Source: the human T2T-CHM13v2.0 reference genome, Homo sapiens
Assembly: GCF_009914755.1 (NCBI RefSeq)
Contig: NC_060928.1
Direction: 5' to 3' (one strand)
DNA length: 64,000 bases
The notes below the pieces were generated by a model. It was not told the DNA's origin. It did not search any database and was given only the letters and a program-made list of their open reading frames with translations. Numbering within the stretch: position 1 is the stretch's first letter; the number at the start of each line of letters is the position of its first letter. A program made the position numbers and the translations under genes. This document shows, piece by piece, positions 28,390-44,486 of this stretch.

Positions 28390-28995
28390 TGTTTCTATCC
28401 ACAGAATACTTTTGGCACCAAATGTGTGGGGTTTGTTCCCACACATTGTGTGATTCTCCAGACACCAACTGGGAGTTCAACAATTCAATTCCATTTTGAC
28501 ACTAACTACCTAGAGTTAGAGCAGATCCCACAGTTTAAGGGCTCAGTCCCTCAAGACTGCCCCCAACTCCAGAAGCCAGTTGCAAGTCCCAGGCCTCCTG
28601 TACTTTCTGATGGCTATACGTTAAGCATTCCCATGACCTCCTCCTAACGTTTGATAGCTTTCTAGAAGGGCTCACAGAACTCAGGAAGGCAGGTAACTCA
28701 CATTTACTGGTTTATTATAAAGGGCACAGCTCAGAGTAAGGTACTTGGGGAGGGGTGCAGAGAGGCTTCACACACTCTCCTGACACCACTCCCTCAGGGC
28801 CTGGATGTGTTCACCAGTCCAGAAGCTCATCAAATCTCTGTTGTTCAAGAGTTTTCATGGAGCCTAATCTCATTTCCATGACCCTTTCCAAAGGTCAGTG
28901 GGTGAGGCCAAAGGTTCTAGCCCTCTAACCCTCACCTTAGTCTTTCTGGTGACCAGCCCCAACCCGAGGCTACTTGGGGACTCATCCTAAGTCAC
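28390..28995 (-). mobile_element. MER21-like ERV LTR inside old L1M ORF2 fragments
   Basis: GACACTAACTACCTAGAGTTAGAGCAGATCCCACAG...CTCACAGAACTCAGGAA motifs. Ends approximate. Confidence 0.65.
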
Positions 28996-29189
28996 TTAGA
29001 ACAATTTATAGTAAACAAAAAGTATTTGATTTTTTAAGAAAAAGAAAAAAAAGTTTGTGCTTACCGAAGAAATTTTGAACTCAACAAGACAAAGATACCG
29101 TATATCTCAACTACAGTTCAACATACTACTGAAGGCCCTGGCCAACAAAGCAAGACAAAGAAAATAATTACTGACCTTAAGAATTGGAC

Positions 29190-29598
<409 letters not shown>

Positions 29599-29678
29599 CT
29601 AGATACAAGATAAACTTTAAAAATTAATAGTATTTTTCCACACCACTAGTCTCAAAATATTAGTTCCTCTAAAAATTA

Positions 29679-30214
<536 letters not shown>

Positions 30215-30304
30215 TTATGAGCCTATTATGACCCTGATATTTATTTATTTATTTATTAGCTACAATTATCTACTTCACATGCAATATAATGCAGAGGCTA
30301 AGAG

Positions 30305-31068
30305 TAAAACTACCTTTGCAAAAATTATAACAGTGAGAAAAATCTAATCTAACTGACTCCATCTTGCTTCTAACCTCAGAAGCTAATTGCTCTCACTCAT
30401 TTCTGGGTGTAGGCCAAGGTAACTATGGAAGAAATGTAGTTTACAGTTTAACTTTGAAGCAAGGATGATAATAGTCCCTCCCAAAACTGACCCCCTCTGG
30501 GGACAGAAACTGCCTTTGGAAGAACACTGAAAGGCTACAGGGTTAGGGTTATGGGAGGGACCTGAATTCTGCAAAGATGTGGGCATATTTAAATAAAAAG
30601 CAGTTATTGCTCCCTAGCTTGCTTTTCTATAATTCCTTACTGTTCAGGAGTCATGTAGCTAGATGTCACTAGGTTTGTAACTTCTCCAATTGTTCCTATA
30701 GATAACATTACTATAGATTGGTTTTTGAGATATTTTTCAGACTTTTACATTCAGTCAGACCAAGTGATGCCACCTGGACCCATGATTCATACCAAGAAAC
30801 TGACTCAGCACAAGAAGACAATTTGGATGCTCTGATGATTTCATCCCCAACCAATCAGCAGCACCCATTCCCTAGCCCCTTGCCTACCAAATTATCCTTA
30901 AAAACCCTAGGCTCCAAGTTGTTGGTGAGGCAAATATGAGAAACATCTCCCATCCTTCTGCTCAACTGCCTTGCAGTAATTAAACTCTTTCTCTGCTGTA
31001 ACACTGCTGTCTCAATACATTGGCTTTATCTGCACAGCGGGCAAGAAGAAACCATTGGGGGTGTAACA
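30305..31068 (+). mobile_element. Solo ERV1 LTR, LTR8A-like, splitting a MIR
   Basis: TAAAACTACCTTTGCAAAAATTATAAC...GGGCAAGAAGAAACCATTGGGGGTGTAACA. The MIR core resumes at about 31069. Confidence 0.8.
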
Positions 31069-32034
31069 AGGACAAGATTGCCTAGACTCAAATCTTGGTT
31101 GTGTCATTATCTGTATGAATTTAGGCAAGTTACGTATCCCTTCTCAGCCTCAGCTTTCTCATCTGTAAAATGAGAACAATAATAATACTTATCACTTTGG
31201 GATGCTGCAAGGATTAAGTGAATCATACTTGAAAAGCACTTAAATATTCATAGTACAAAGTCAGTGCCTCATAAATATTATATATTATTATAAGTATAGA
31301 GCTAGGTTATTAATCCATTAGGAACTACTTGCCTTAAAATTAAAATATTTTTAAAAATAAAAAAATTTAAATATACAGAAATGCTAATATGTTTTTCTCT
31401 TCCCCAATTGAGTGTTCACATTTCACACTGCAATCAAGTGCCTTACACAATAAAAAAAATTAAAAATACAATAGAAAATAATATGCCACTGAATATATCA
31501 ATCTATGAAATAACTAGGAATTAAGCCAATAAAGAAAGCACCACCTTCACAGAGAGACTTATAAAATTAATAAACTTAATCCAATGAGACCTTAATAAAA
31601 GAAGACACATTAACATTGTAAAGCTATTAATTTTTTCTTAAACTTACCTATAAATTTAATGTATTTATAATTAAAATCTCAGATGAATTTCAGGAGGAAT
31701 ATGAAACTGATTCTAAATATAACCTGGAAGTTTAAACACTCATAGAAAGCTAATATAATTTTGAAAAGAAAGACTAAAAGTGGGAACTCACTTTCCAAGA
31801 TATGAAGACATATTATAATACCACCGTAATAAAAATAGTATTGACGTGGGGCAAGAACAGATAGACCAACAAAACTAAAGAGGAAGAACAGACATATATA
31901 ACTGTGAATTCTGCATATAACGATGGCATCATAGATAAAAGACCTAAATGTAAACATAAAAGTTTTAATCAAAGTTTTTTAGGTTTCCTGCATAAGAAAC
32001 CATTCCAAAGTCTCAGTGGCTTCCAAAAATAAAC

Positions 32035-32449
<415 letters not shown>

Positions 32450-33003
32450 TGACTAAGGTAGTCAAATGGCCTGACAACGGTGTGGTGAAGTCTTATCCTC
32501 TAGAGAAAGACACATCAATGATAGCATTAATAAAACTGCTGTGAGGAAGCAAGTGAATACTGGAAACAATGATCAATTTAGCATAATAAAACTATAAAGT
32601 TTATTAAAACTGTGCATGAGGACATTTTTATGACATTGGTATAACCTTGGATTTGGGGGAAAGAACAAATCACGGTATAAAATGTTGATAAATCTGAATA
32701 AATCAAAAGTAAAAATGTATGTTCAGATAGAAAAAAATAGCTAATATATGATGGAGGAGGAAAATAAATTAGCATTATACAAGAGGTTATTTTCTAGAGT
32801 ACGACAAAAACCCATATGATTCAGTAGCTTATATACTTGAAGAGAGCGGGTATTATTATTACTATTATTTTCTGTATTGATGGCTATTTTAGCTCCAGTG
32901 CTACGATAAGTGCCTGGCAATATTGTTACTCCTCACTGTTAAACCTCCTTACTGTGTATCCTGTTTCAGGATTTGCTTCTGATCTATTCCTCTCTAAACC
33001 AGA

Positions 33004-33517
33004 TATATTAGTTTCCTATTGCTGCTGTAACAAATTATCACAAATTCAGTGGGTTACAACACAACAGATTTTTTTCTCTTACTGTCCTGGAGGTCAAAAA
33101 CTCAACATCAGCCTCACTGGCCTGGAGTCAAAGAATCAGTAGGGCTAGTTCCCTCTGGAGTCAACGGGGGGAGAATCGGTTTCCTTGCCCTTTCTGGCTT
33201 GCCGAGGTCATCAGTGTTCCCTGGACGATGGCCTCTTCACCCTTCTTCAAAGGCATCAGCATAGCATCACCACCCGCCTTCACTAACTCTGCCTCTGTCT
33301 TCGGTCAGCTTTTCTGTCTTTGACCCTCCTGCCTGCCTTTTATGAGGACGCTTGTGATTACGTTGAGCCCACCAGGACAATGCAGGATAATCCCCCACCT
33401 CAAAATCTGTAATTGAATCACACATGCAGAGTCCTTGTGTCATGCGAGGAAACATATTTATAGGTTCCAGAAATTAGGACTTGAACACTTTTTGGAGGCC
33501 CCTATTCTGTCTACCAC
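33004..33517 (-). mobile_element. MLT1C/D-type MaLR LTR
   Basis: TATATTAGTTTCCTATTGCTGCTGTAACAAATTATCACAAA...TATTCTGTCTACCAC. Confidence 0.8.
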
Positions 33518-33519
33518 CC

Positions 33520-33710
33520 CAGGGTTTCTCAAACTTGGCACAATTGGCGTGTTTGCCTGGATCATTCCTTGTTACGGTGGCTTGTCCTCTGCGTTGTAAG
33601 ATATTTAGCAGCGTCCTGCTGTGTGCTCCTTAGAGCACATCCCCTTCCCCTAGTTGTGACCAAATGTCACCTGAGGGGCAATATTGCCTCTGGCTGAGAC
33701 CCATTGCTTT
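33520..33710. mobile_element. MER20-like hAT element followed by an L2 fragment (to about 34260)
   Basis: CAGGGTTTCTCAAACTTGGCAC...GGCTGAGACCCATTG degenerate TIRs. Confidence 0.65.
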
Positions 33711-35415
33711 ATCCTGTTCTAGTGATCTTTTTAAAAAGCAAATCCAGTCATGTCACTTTCCTGCATAGAATTGTGTGTTGCCTATTATTTTCAAAACAAT
33801 ATTCACATTTCTTAATATATCATAATAGATTACTCACAGTCGGGCTTTGCTCATTTCTCTTGGTTATTTCTCTGTCTTGCTGATTTTTCTGACTGCCCTC
33901 TCTTTCCATCTTCTTGTCCTCCATATATTCTTGCATTTCCCCTGAATGTGAGGTTCCCTCACACCTCCTGGCTTTGTAAATATCTCTTCCTCCATCCACC
34001 TAGAAAACACCTTCTATTCTTCATCTGATGAACTTTTACTTACTTCTCTTTAGGAGCCAGCTTAGATGTCTGAGAATCTAGGTCACTTTCTCATGTACAC
34101 TCTGAGCACGTTACCTCAATTAGAGAGCTAGTGTTTATTTCCTCTTTTCCCTGCACTAGTCTGTGAGTTGTTTAGATCTCTGACCATTATCTGTCTTGAA
34201 GGGTTTAACCCTCTTCCTGGAACATATTAGTTGTACAATAATCGTTTTTGGAATGATGGAGTAAATGGTGGATTTCATGCCTCAACTTGAATACACTCTC
34301 TGGTGGCTGAAACTGAGGAAGAATGTTGCTCCAAAATATTAACGGGTGATAACTTGCTTTTCTATTTTAAAATAGAAAAATTAATTCTCCCATTCTCTTG
34401 CATGGAAAGAACCACTCAAACGGAAATTATTTTGTATTTAGTCACTATTTAGTTATTATTTTTTCCAAAATTAAGGCTCATGCTCAGAAGCTATTTTTCT
34501 TAATATGTTTGAGTTTTTAAAAATTGGAAAAAATATCTCTTCCACCAAGAATTTGGCAAAAGAAAGCTAGAATTAAACACCGCAATAATAAATTTCACAA
34601 CACTATGAAAAGGCTAGGTATGTCAGAGCTCTTTCCTGTATCAGGAAGGCATGGTTGATTTTGCAATTTAGGTTTTTACTTTGCAGGCAGAAAACTGTCA
34701 CCTGGGCACTTCCAGCCTTCACTATGTAACAAAAAAACTGATTTGCAAAGTCCCAACATTTGGCGTACGCTCCAAACAATAAAAGTGTCAAAATGGTTTC
34801 TGTTGCTGTGCATTTTATTATTCTTCTGATAGTTGAATGTTAAAGTTTCTCTTAATGTTTAGAAACTGGAGACTCTTTAGTAAATACCACCGAAAACACC
34901 TGCATATAATGCTTGCTAATGAGGTTTCCTCACTTCAAAGCTCAAATTAAGAGGGTGCTGAGAGAGGATGGATGCTCTCTCTGTACCTTTTAAATATATT
35001 CAGGTAATTTATGTAAAGCACCAAAATTAAAGACATTTCCCCCATGCTATACTTTTATCACTCCAGTTAAAAATCTGCCCACAGACACTGTAAGAATGAT
35101 ATAAACAAAGTTTTGCTATCTAAAATATGTCAAAACATAATATGCTAAAATAAGACTTTTGGATTGTGGTTAGTTCCCATATAAGGCTGACTAAAATGTT
35201 TTCTTTTCCTTTAAAACACTTTTCTTAAGGTTGTTACTAAACATATTTGGTTGAGTGCCAGTGTCACATAATTGATGCTGCTGAAAATATTTGGTTAAGA
35301 CTACAGCTTGCCTGGTTGAATCCTAACTCTGCAACCTTGAGAAAGTGGCTTCACCGCTCTATGCCTCAGAGCTTTGATTTGTAAAATGAGGGTAACAATA
35401 ATAGTTCCAACCTCA

Positions 35416-35761
<346 letters not shown>

Positions 35762-36976
35762 GAGTCAATATTTGCAAAACACTCCAAACCTTTCCTGGTA
35801 CATGAAAGCACAAAGTAAGCATCTGGGATTATTATTAGAGAAAATAGAGGAATTTTGTACTAAGGACTCTTCAAAGTGTTAAGAACTCAGCATTGTGCAG
35901 GGAACTCTACCCACCTACTATCAGCAACTGTGAGTTCCATCTATTCCTTAATAACAGTAAGCAAATAAGGGACCCAAACCACAGCTCTTCATAGCCTAAA
36001 ATGCAGCCCTGGATTTTGGTTAGTAAATGTATTAAATACTTCTGTACTAAATCTGGGTTTCAAATTCAGTAAGAAGTTTTGTGAATTTGTGGGTTTGGGA
36101 TCCCTACACTTGCTGAAAAATTTCATTGGCTGCATATTATCCCAGGAAAATGAGTTCTATTTTCCTTGATTTGTGTTCTTGACAACATAGTACCTAGGAA
36201 TTTTTGCAGTGTCATCTACCATTACTTACCTACCTGACACTTCTGCTTTAATCACTGTGCCCAAAGTACATCACGTATTTTTCCATATTCCCCTTGCTTA
36301 GAATTCCCTTAATTGACTTTTCTACTTCCCTAGGGCCCCCACTTCTGATGGGAACCCTCTTAGCTTCCATCTCTTCTCTGATCATATTTGTTAGATTACA
36401 TTGCTTCTGAGTGATCGGTTCCTTCAATGAATTCTCCTAGTATCTGTATCATTTTTTGTACATAGCATGAGATCTCTTTTCCTTTTATTACATTTTTTTA
36501 ATGCCTGTATCTCTAACCATATTGTAATGTCTTTGTGTACAAAGACTCCTCTATGTCACGATGTACCTCAGGGCCTGGCTCTGTGCCCTGGACAAAGCAA
36601 GCATGAAGTACATTTTTTTATTAATAAAATCATTGGAAGTAAAATTTATATTATTTTTAGCTCCCATCCATCTCCTTTTGGCAAACTGTTACCCCTTTCA
36701 ATGCTTTTTCCACTAGTATTATGTATTTATGTGCTGTATATTGCCTATTTGAGGTCTTGAAGAAAGCTATCTTTCCCAGTGTTTTGGAAATTTTTATTTC
36801 ATCAACACTTACCTGTGTTGTTAGTGAAAAAGTACTGATCCAGGAGCAAAAAAATGTAGGTTATCTTAATAACGACTAACCCGAAATGAAACTGCTTCTT
36901 CATCTGTAAAATACTAAAGCTAATATCCTCCCTGACTACTATACAGGTTATCGTGAAGACAAATACATACAAAATA

Positions 36977-38535
<1,559 letters not shown>

Positions 38536-39056
38536 TAATGTACACAAATGACTGCACATACGGTTGGTCTAATGCCCTCGGGAATACATCAAGATTACTG
38601 GCTTGTTGCTCTAATTACTGACATGTCACAGGTTAACGTAATGTATTACTAATTTTCCATAACATTTATTTTAGAAGAGACCCTTGAAAACATCAAATCT
38701 CAATTCAAAAGAATGATATTAAAGGCCCCTGGGAACAGATAGTCCAATTTTTCAACCTTAAGTTAATAATAATAATTCAATTAAACAAATATTTGTTGAA
38801 TATCTATTATATACAAAAAAAGCATCCTGGCTGCTATGGAAAGTATAAAGATGAGATCTCTTCTGTCTTTAAGGAATGAGGGTCTAGTCTAGAAGACCAA
38901 AATGTACAAAATGTACACAAATTACTTTACCACAAGGTAAGTTTGGTAAGTTCTTTGGAAGAACTAACTTCAGAAGATATGAGGTTAATTCTGACTGTAT
39001 CAATAAGGGTTTTAGAGGATATCCATACAACTGGGGCTTAAAAGTTGGGAGAACTT

Positions 39057-39457
<401 letters not shown>

Positions 39458-39501
39458 TCAGTAAACTGGGAAAAAGAGGAGGTATTAAAAACGTGAGAAT
39501 A

Positions 39502-39870
<369 letters not shown>

Positions 39871-40356
39871 TTAATTTCGTAGAGTATTCATAGTTTTCAA
39901 AGTGCTTTCACATAAGCTATGTTGTGTATGGAAATTAGAGCAATCATATGCAGGTGTATAGAAAAAGTATTATTTATTGTCCATATGAAGAAAGTGAGTT
40001 TTGGAAAAGATAAATGACATATATATATATGGTTATCAAATAGCACAATTTAATAGATTTAGCAAATTTACTGAAATTAGTAAATTGGACTTAAGAAGAA
40101 ATTGTGAAGGTTCCTCTGGTAAGAGTGCACAAGAGAAAATTCAAGGAGGATAGCAGTTAGCAGGATCCTGACATAGTCCAGCTGAAATGTAGCAAGGGTC
40201 TGCACTAGGGTAGGCTTGCTTGCAATGTTGTGGGCTCTTTTTACAGACAATGTAGATACACAGCGTATGCGAGTTTGCTTTTGATTGGACGTAAGAAGCA
40301 AGATCAAAGAGATATACCAAAGGACTCAGAGGCTAGTCACATATAAACAAAATCTG

Positions 40357-40646
<290 letters not shown>

Positions 40647-40784
40647 TCACGCCAGTGAAATCTCTTAATGCCTTCAGTGTCAGTCCCCAACTCTTACTAA
40701 TTAAAGATCGTATTTGACCCAAATGTGCACAGTACACAACACCTTAAAGAGAAATGAGGTGAATCAGATAAATGAACAGGTTGA

Positions 40785-41286
40785 TATTTTTTAAATTTGT
40801 CCACAAGCTCTTTGATATCCCTCCTTTCAAATCACAGCTTAATTCCCCTCCCCTTGTGAATGCACTGTATTTAATGACTGGCTTCTAATGAATGGAATAA
40901 GAAGTAAGTTACCATAGTAAACTAAGTAATAAAGGGTGACTAAGTAATAAAGGGCATTGCAGCTTTCTCCTTGACTTCTCTCTTGGATCACACTCTCAGC
41001 TGCCATGTCATTAGAAGAGCCGAGCTGCACTATAGAGACACAAGAGGTGAGAAACTGAGGCCTCCTGCCAACAGCCATGCAAGTGACTCATCTCGGAAGT
41101 GGATCTTTTAGCTACAAAAAGCCTTTGGGGCACTTTAGCCTTGGCTAATATTTTAACTGTAACCTCTTGAGAAATGCTGAGCCAGGATGACTCTGGCTAG
41201 CTAGACTATTGCCAAATTCCTGACCCACAGAAACTTTGAAATAACAAATGGGATAATTGATGAGGTAACAATAAATAACTAGTACA
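40785..41286 (+). mobile_element. MLT1F/G-type MaLR LTR
   Basis: GAAACTGAGGCCTCCTGCCAACAGCCA, TTCCTGACCCACAGAAAC and the terminal ATAACTAGTACA. Confidence 0.7.
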
Positions 41287-41491
41287 ACGCTGAAAGAGGA
41301 GAAGGTATATAGGACTTTTCTCCATCAAAGGACAGAGATTATTGAATTGAACAAGGGAGTAAAGTACAAATAGTCCTGAAATTGATCCAGCCAACTTTTG
41401 ATCACTAATCTCTCCCTGCAAAGGAAAGATTTAATACTTTTCAAAATTTCAATCAAGTCTTCAGTATATTCAAATTCAACTCTCTAGTATA

Positions 41492-41845
41492 CAGATGCTC
41501 CTCAACTTACGATGGGGTTATGTCCTGATAAACCCGTTGTAAACTGAAAATACAGTAAGTCGAAAATGCCTTTAATATATCTAACCTACCAAACATCATA
41601 GCTTCACGAGGCCCTCCTTAAATGTGTTCAGAACACTTACATTAGCCTACAGTTGGGAAAAATCACCTAACACAAAGCATATTTTATAATAAAGTGTTGA
41701 ATAATTTATTGACTACTGTACTGAAAATGAAAAACAGAATGGCTATATGAGTACTCAAAGTACAGTTTCTACTGTGTGTCACTTTTGCACCATCATACAG
41801 TCAAAACACTGTTACGCTGGGGCATCCTAAGTCAGCAACCACCTG
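41492..41845. mobile_element. MER47A-like Tigger-derived DNA transposon
   Basis: TA-CAGATGCTCCTCAACTTACGATGG...CATCCTAAGTCAGCAACCACCTG. Confidence 0.8.
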
Positions 41846-42560
41846 TGTATATGCTCTTGTGGTTTAACGGCAGCACAGTGCTATGCTTATGAAATCACTT
41901 AGAAATTGACATTCTGTTTTAATGTGTAGTATTTCAGTTTTCAAAAAAGAATACACTTTATAATTTACAAAACTATATGGAGTCATAAACTTCATAGATT
42001 TATATGTATGCATGCATCTTTGGTTAGGGTTGTGGGTAAATTTGAAAAGCTACGCATTACCCTCAAATTTATATAAACCTCTACGTTTAACAAAGCAATT
42101 TCATATAGCTTTCATCTTGGGGCGTCCCCTTACAAAATGGATGCATGCACTTAGGTAGGGCTCACTTAACTATCTAATAATGGAGTTTTTAAATATAGAC
42201 ACTAGAATATATTCTGCTGTTTGTTCCAAAAACCCTCTTCTTCGTTTCTCTTATCCCACCCACGTCCGAATATAGCATGCCAAAAACAGAGCCAAAAACA
42301 AGATTGTCTGTGACATATCTGTCCTGTCACAGACAAGGACAGATTAAGAGGACCAGATCAGAAAATGTGTGTATACTAAGTAGCTCAAAGACAAGGGCAA
42401 AACTTTAACGCAAAGAAAATACATTCAGAGCTTTCCAAGTCCCAATTTCTTCTGCTTTTACACTTCAGCCTAGTTAGTTGTCCTCCACGCCCCCCGCCCC
42501 ACGCGCGTTTGCGTTTTCTTAATAAACCCACAGCAAGACCTAGGGCGGGGGTGAACCACA

Positions 42561-42570
42561 GCGCATGCGC
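42561..42570. promoter_or_regulatory. NRF1 palindrome GCGCATGCGC
   Basis: Perfect core consensus. A second variant, GCGCCTGCGCA, lies at 43073-43083. Confidence 0.75.
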
Positions 42571-42594
42571 CGTAGGGAGCGACCTCAACAGCTA

Positions 42595-42624
42595 GGGTGC
42601 TGTTTGGGCGGGGCCTGGGCGGGG
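42595..42624 (+). other. Five-G-tract potential G-quadruplex
   Basis: GGGTGCTGTTTGGGCGGGGCCTGGGCGGGG. Confidence 0.8.
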
Positions 42625-42630
42625 CCAGAC

Positions 42631-42646
42631 GCGCGCGAGATTTGAA
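42631..42646 (+). promoter_or_regulatory. CDE/CHR cell-cycle element (DREAM/MuvB site)
   Basis: GC-rich GCGCGC, 4-nt spacer GAGA, canonical CHR TTTGAA at 42641-42646. Confidence 0.85.
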
Positions 42647-42744
42647 TTTCCTCTGCGTGCGGTCAGTGCCCGCGCAGCGTTGAGTTGCACAGCGGTATTC
42701 TCACCAGGCCCTGCAATCGGTGGGCCACAGTGCCGGCCACAGAG

Positions 42745-42900
42745 ATGGTGGAAGGACCAGGCTGTACTCTGAATGGAGAGAAGATTCGAGCGCGGGTGCT
42801 CCCGGGCCAGGCGGTGACCGGCGTGCGGGGAAGCGCTCTGCGGAGTCTGCAGGGCCGCGCCTTGCGGCTCGCAGCCTCCACGGTTGTGGTCTCCCCGCAG
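42745..42900 (+). CDS. NEIL3: Endonuclease VIII-like 3 DNA glycosylase, coding exon 1 (aa 1-52)
   Basis: ATG in strong context (GAGATGG). Translates to MVEGPGCTLNGEKIRARVLPGQAVTGVRGSALRSLQGRALRLAASTVVVSPQ. Donor CAG|GTGAGC, phase 0. Confidence 0.98.
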
Positions 42901-44184
42901 GTGAGCTACTCCTGTAACAGGCCATGCAGTCAGCAGGGGGGAAATGGAATAAAGACCCCATCAGGGTTCCAGGATTTAAAGTGTCATCTCTTTGCTCTGG
43001 CCCAGGTTTCCTGGGGTCCCACCTTTCACAGAGTTTATCGTCACTTTACTGTAGGGAGAAGTCGGTCCTAGCGCGCCTGCGCAGGAGAGGAGGGCTAGCG
43101 TTCTGGGCTCACGCTGCCGGAGCAAGATGCCCTAGGGGAATCCAGTGAAGGTGTTTTATCCGAGTCACCTTAGTTAACTTCTTTATGATACACACATGGT
43201 TTCCCATGTCTACAGCTGCATTTTTTACTATTGATATTATCAAATCTCTGCTACCTCTGATATGTTTTCTTCGTCCCATTTTAAGCTTTTAGCATAAAAT
43301 TCTACTTTCTTGCTTGGCTAATCTGCAATTGGTAAGTATATCACAACTAGTATATAATTCTAAAACTACACGTAGAAAATTTAGCACTAACTTCTCACTC
43401 AACTTCATATTGCCATCTAATTAAGGGGCAATGAAACCCAGTTCTGGTTCCCTTAAGTGAATTTATTTCTTTTTAAAGTAAACTAGCACAGCTTCTTGCC
43501 ACTCAGGCATTCATTGCAGACGATGTGGTATTCATTTGGCCAGAACTTGTACTAAAAATATTCTGATTAAGGCATCATGTTTTAAAAGCCCTCTAGATGT
43601 ATGGATGATTGTATTTCATGCCTACATGCAATATTGCACTGTATTTCAATTTCTTCTGCAAAGCTTCTTATAGCCTTTGGTCCTGGAAGAAAAAGTTGCC
43701 TGCTATGAAATTAGCATATGCTTACAACTTGAAAGAAATGAGGTTCTAAGTCTAAGAAAATATATTTTCAAACTTGGGAAAAAATAAGTTTTACATCTCC
43801 TTCCAATTGCCCTTTTGTTTATTTTGACTTGATATGCCAGTAAGTACTCTGTACCTATTTTTTTTTATTATTGTTATAGTGTTTCTAAAATCGTTTCAGG
43901 GTACCACAGAGATGGATTTTAGATGGTTTCTTAAGAATATTAATATTTATGAAAATTACTCATTCAATAAAATTTTGAATACTCAAGACACCTGGGGAGC
44001 AAAAACAAATACTTCCTCTTTTGGAGCCTATACTTCAGTTGGGAAGACACAAAGACATTCATTAAATAATCACCTAAAGAAATATAAATTAATAAGTTCT
44101 GTGAAGGAGAGATACACGATTCTTTAAGGACTTGTAGGAAGACCTGGGAAGGCTTCCCCAGGGAAGTAGCAAAGCTGAGGTGTG

Positions 44185-44486
<302 letters not shown>

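Larger units (their letters stand above)
42480..43130 (+). promoter_or_regulatory. NEIL3: CpG-island promoter and 5' end of NEIL3
   Basis: The only non-Alu CpG-dense stretch in the window. It spans the ATG exon and has GC boxes at 42492-42500, 42543-42550, 42606-42614 and 42617-42625. Confidence 0.92.

Noticed and set aside
42385-42961. Antisense ORFs suggesting a divergent coding gene at the CpG island
   Set aside because: Short GC-rich ORFs with no recognisable protein or splice structure. Noncoding antisense transcription cannot be judged from sequence.
42685-43071. 128-aa ORF as the full gene product
   Set aside because: It starts at TTG and reads through the CAG|GTGAGC donor into intron 1. 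The real CDS starts at ATG 42745 and splices to 55265.
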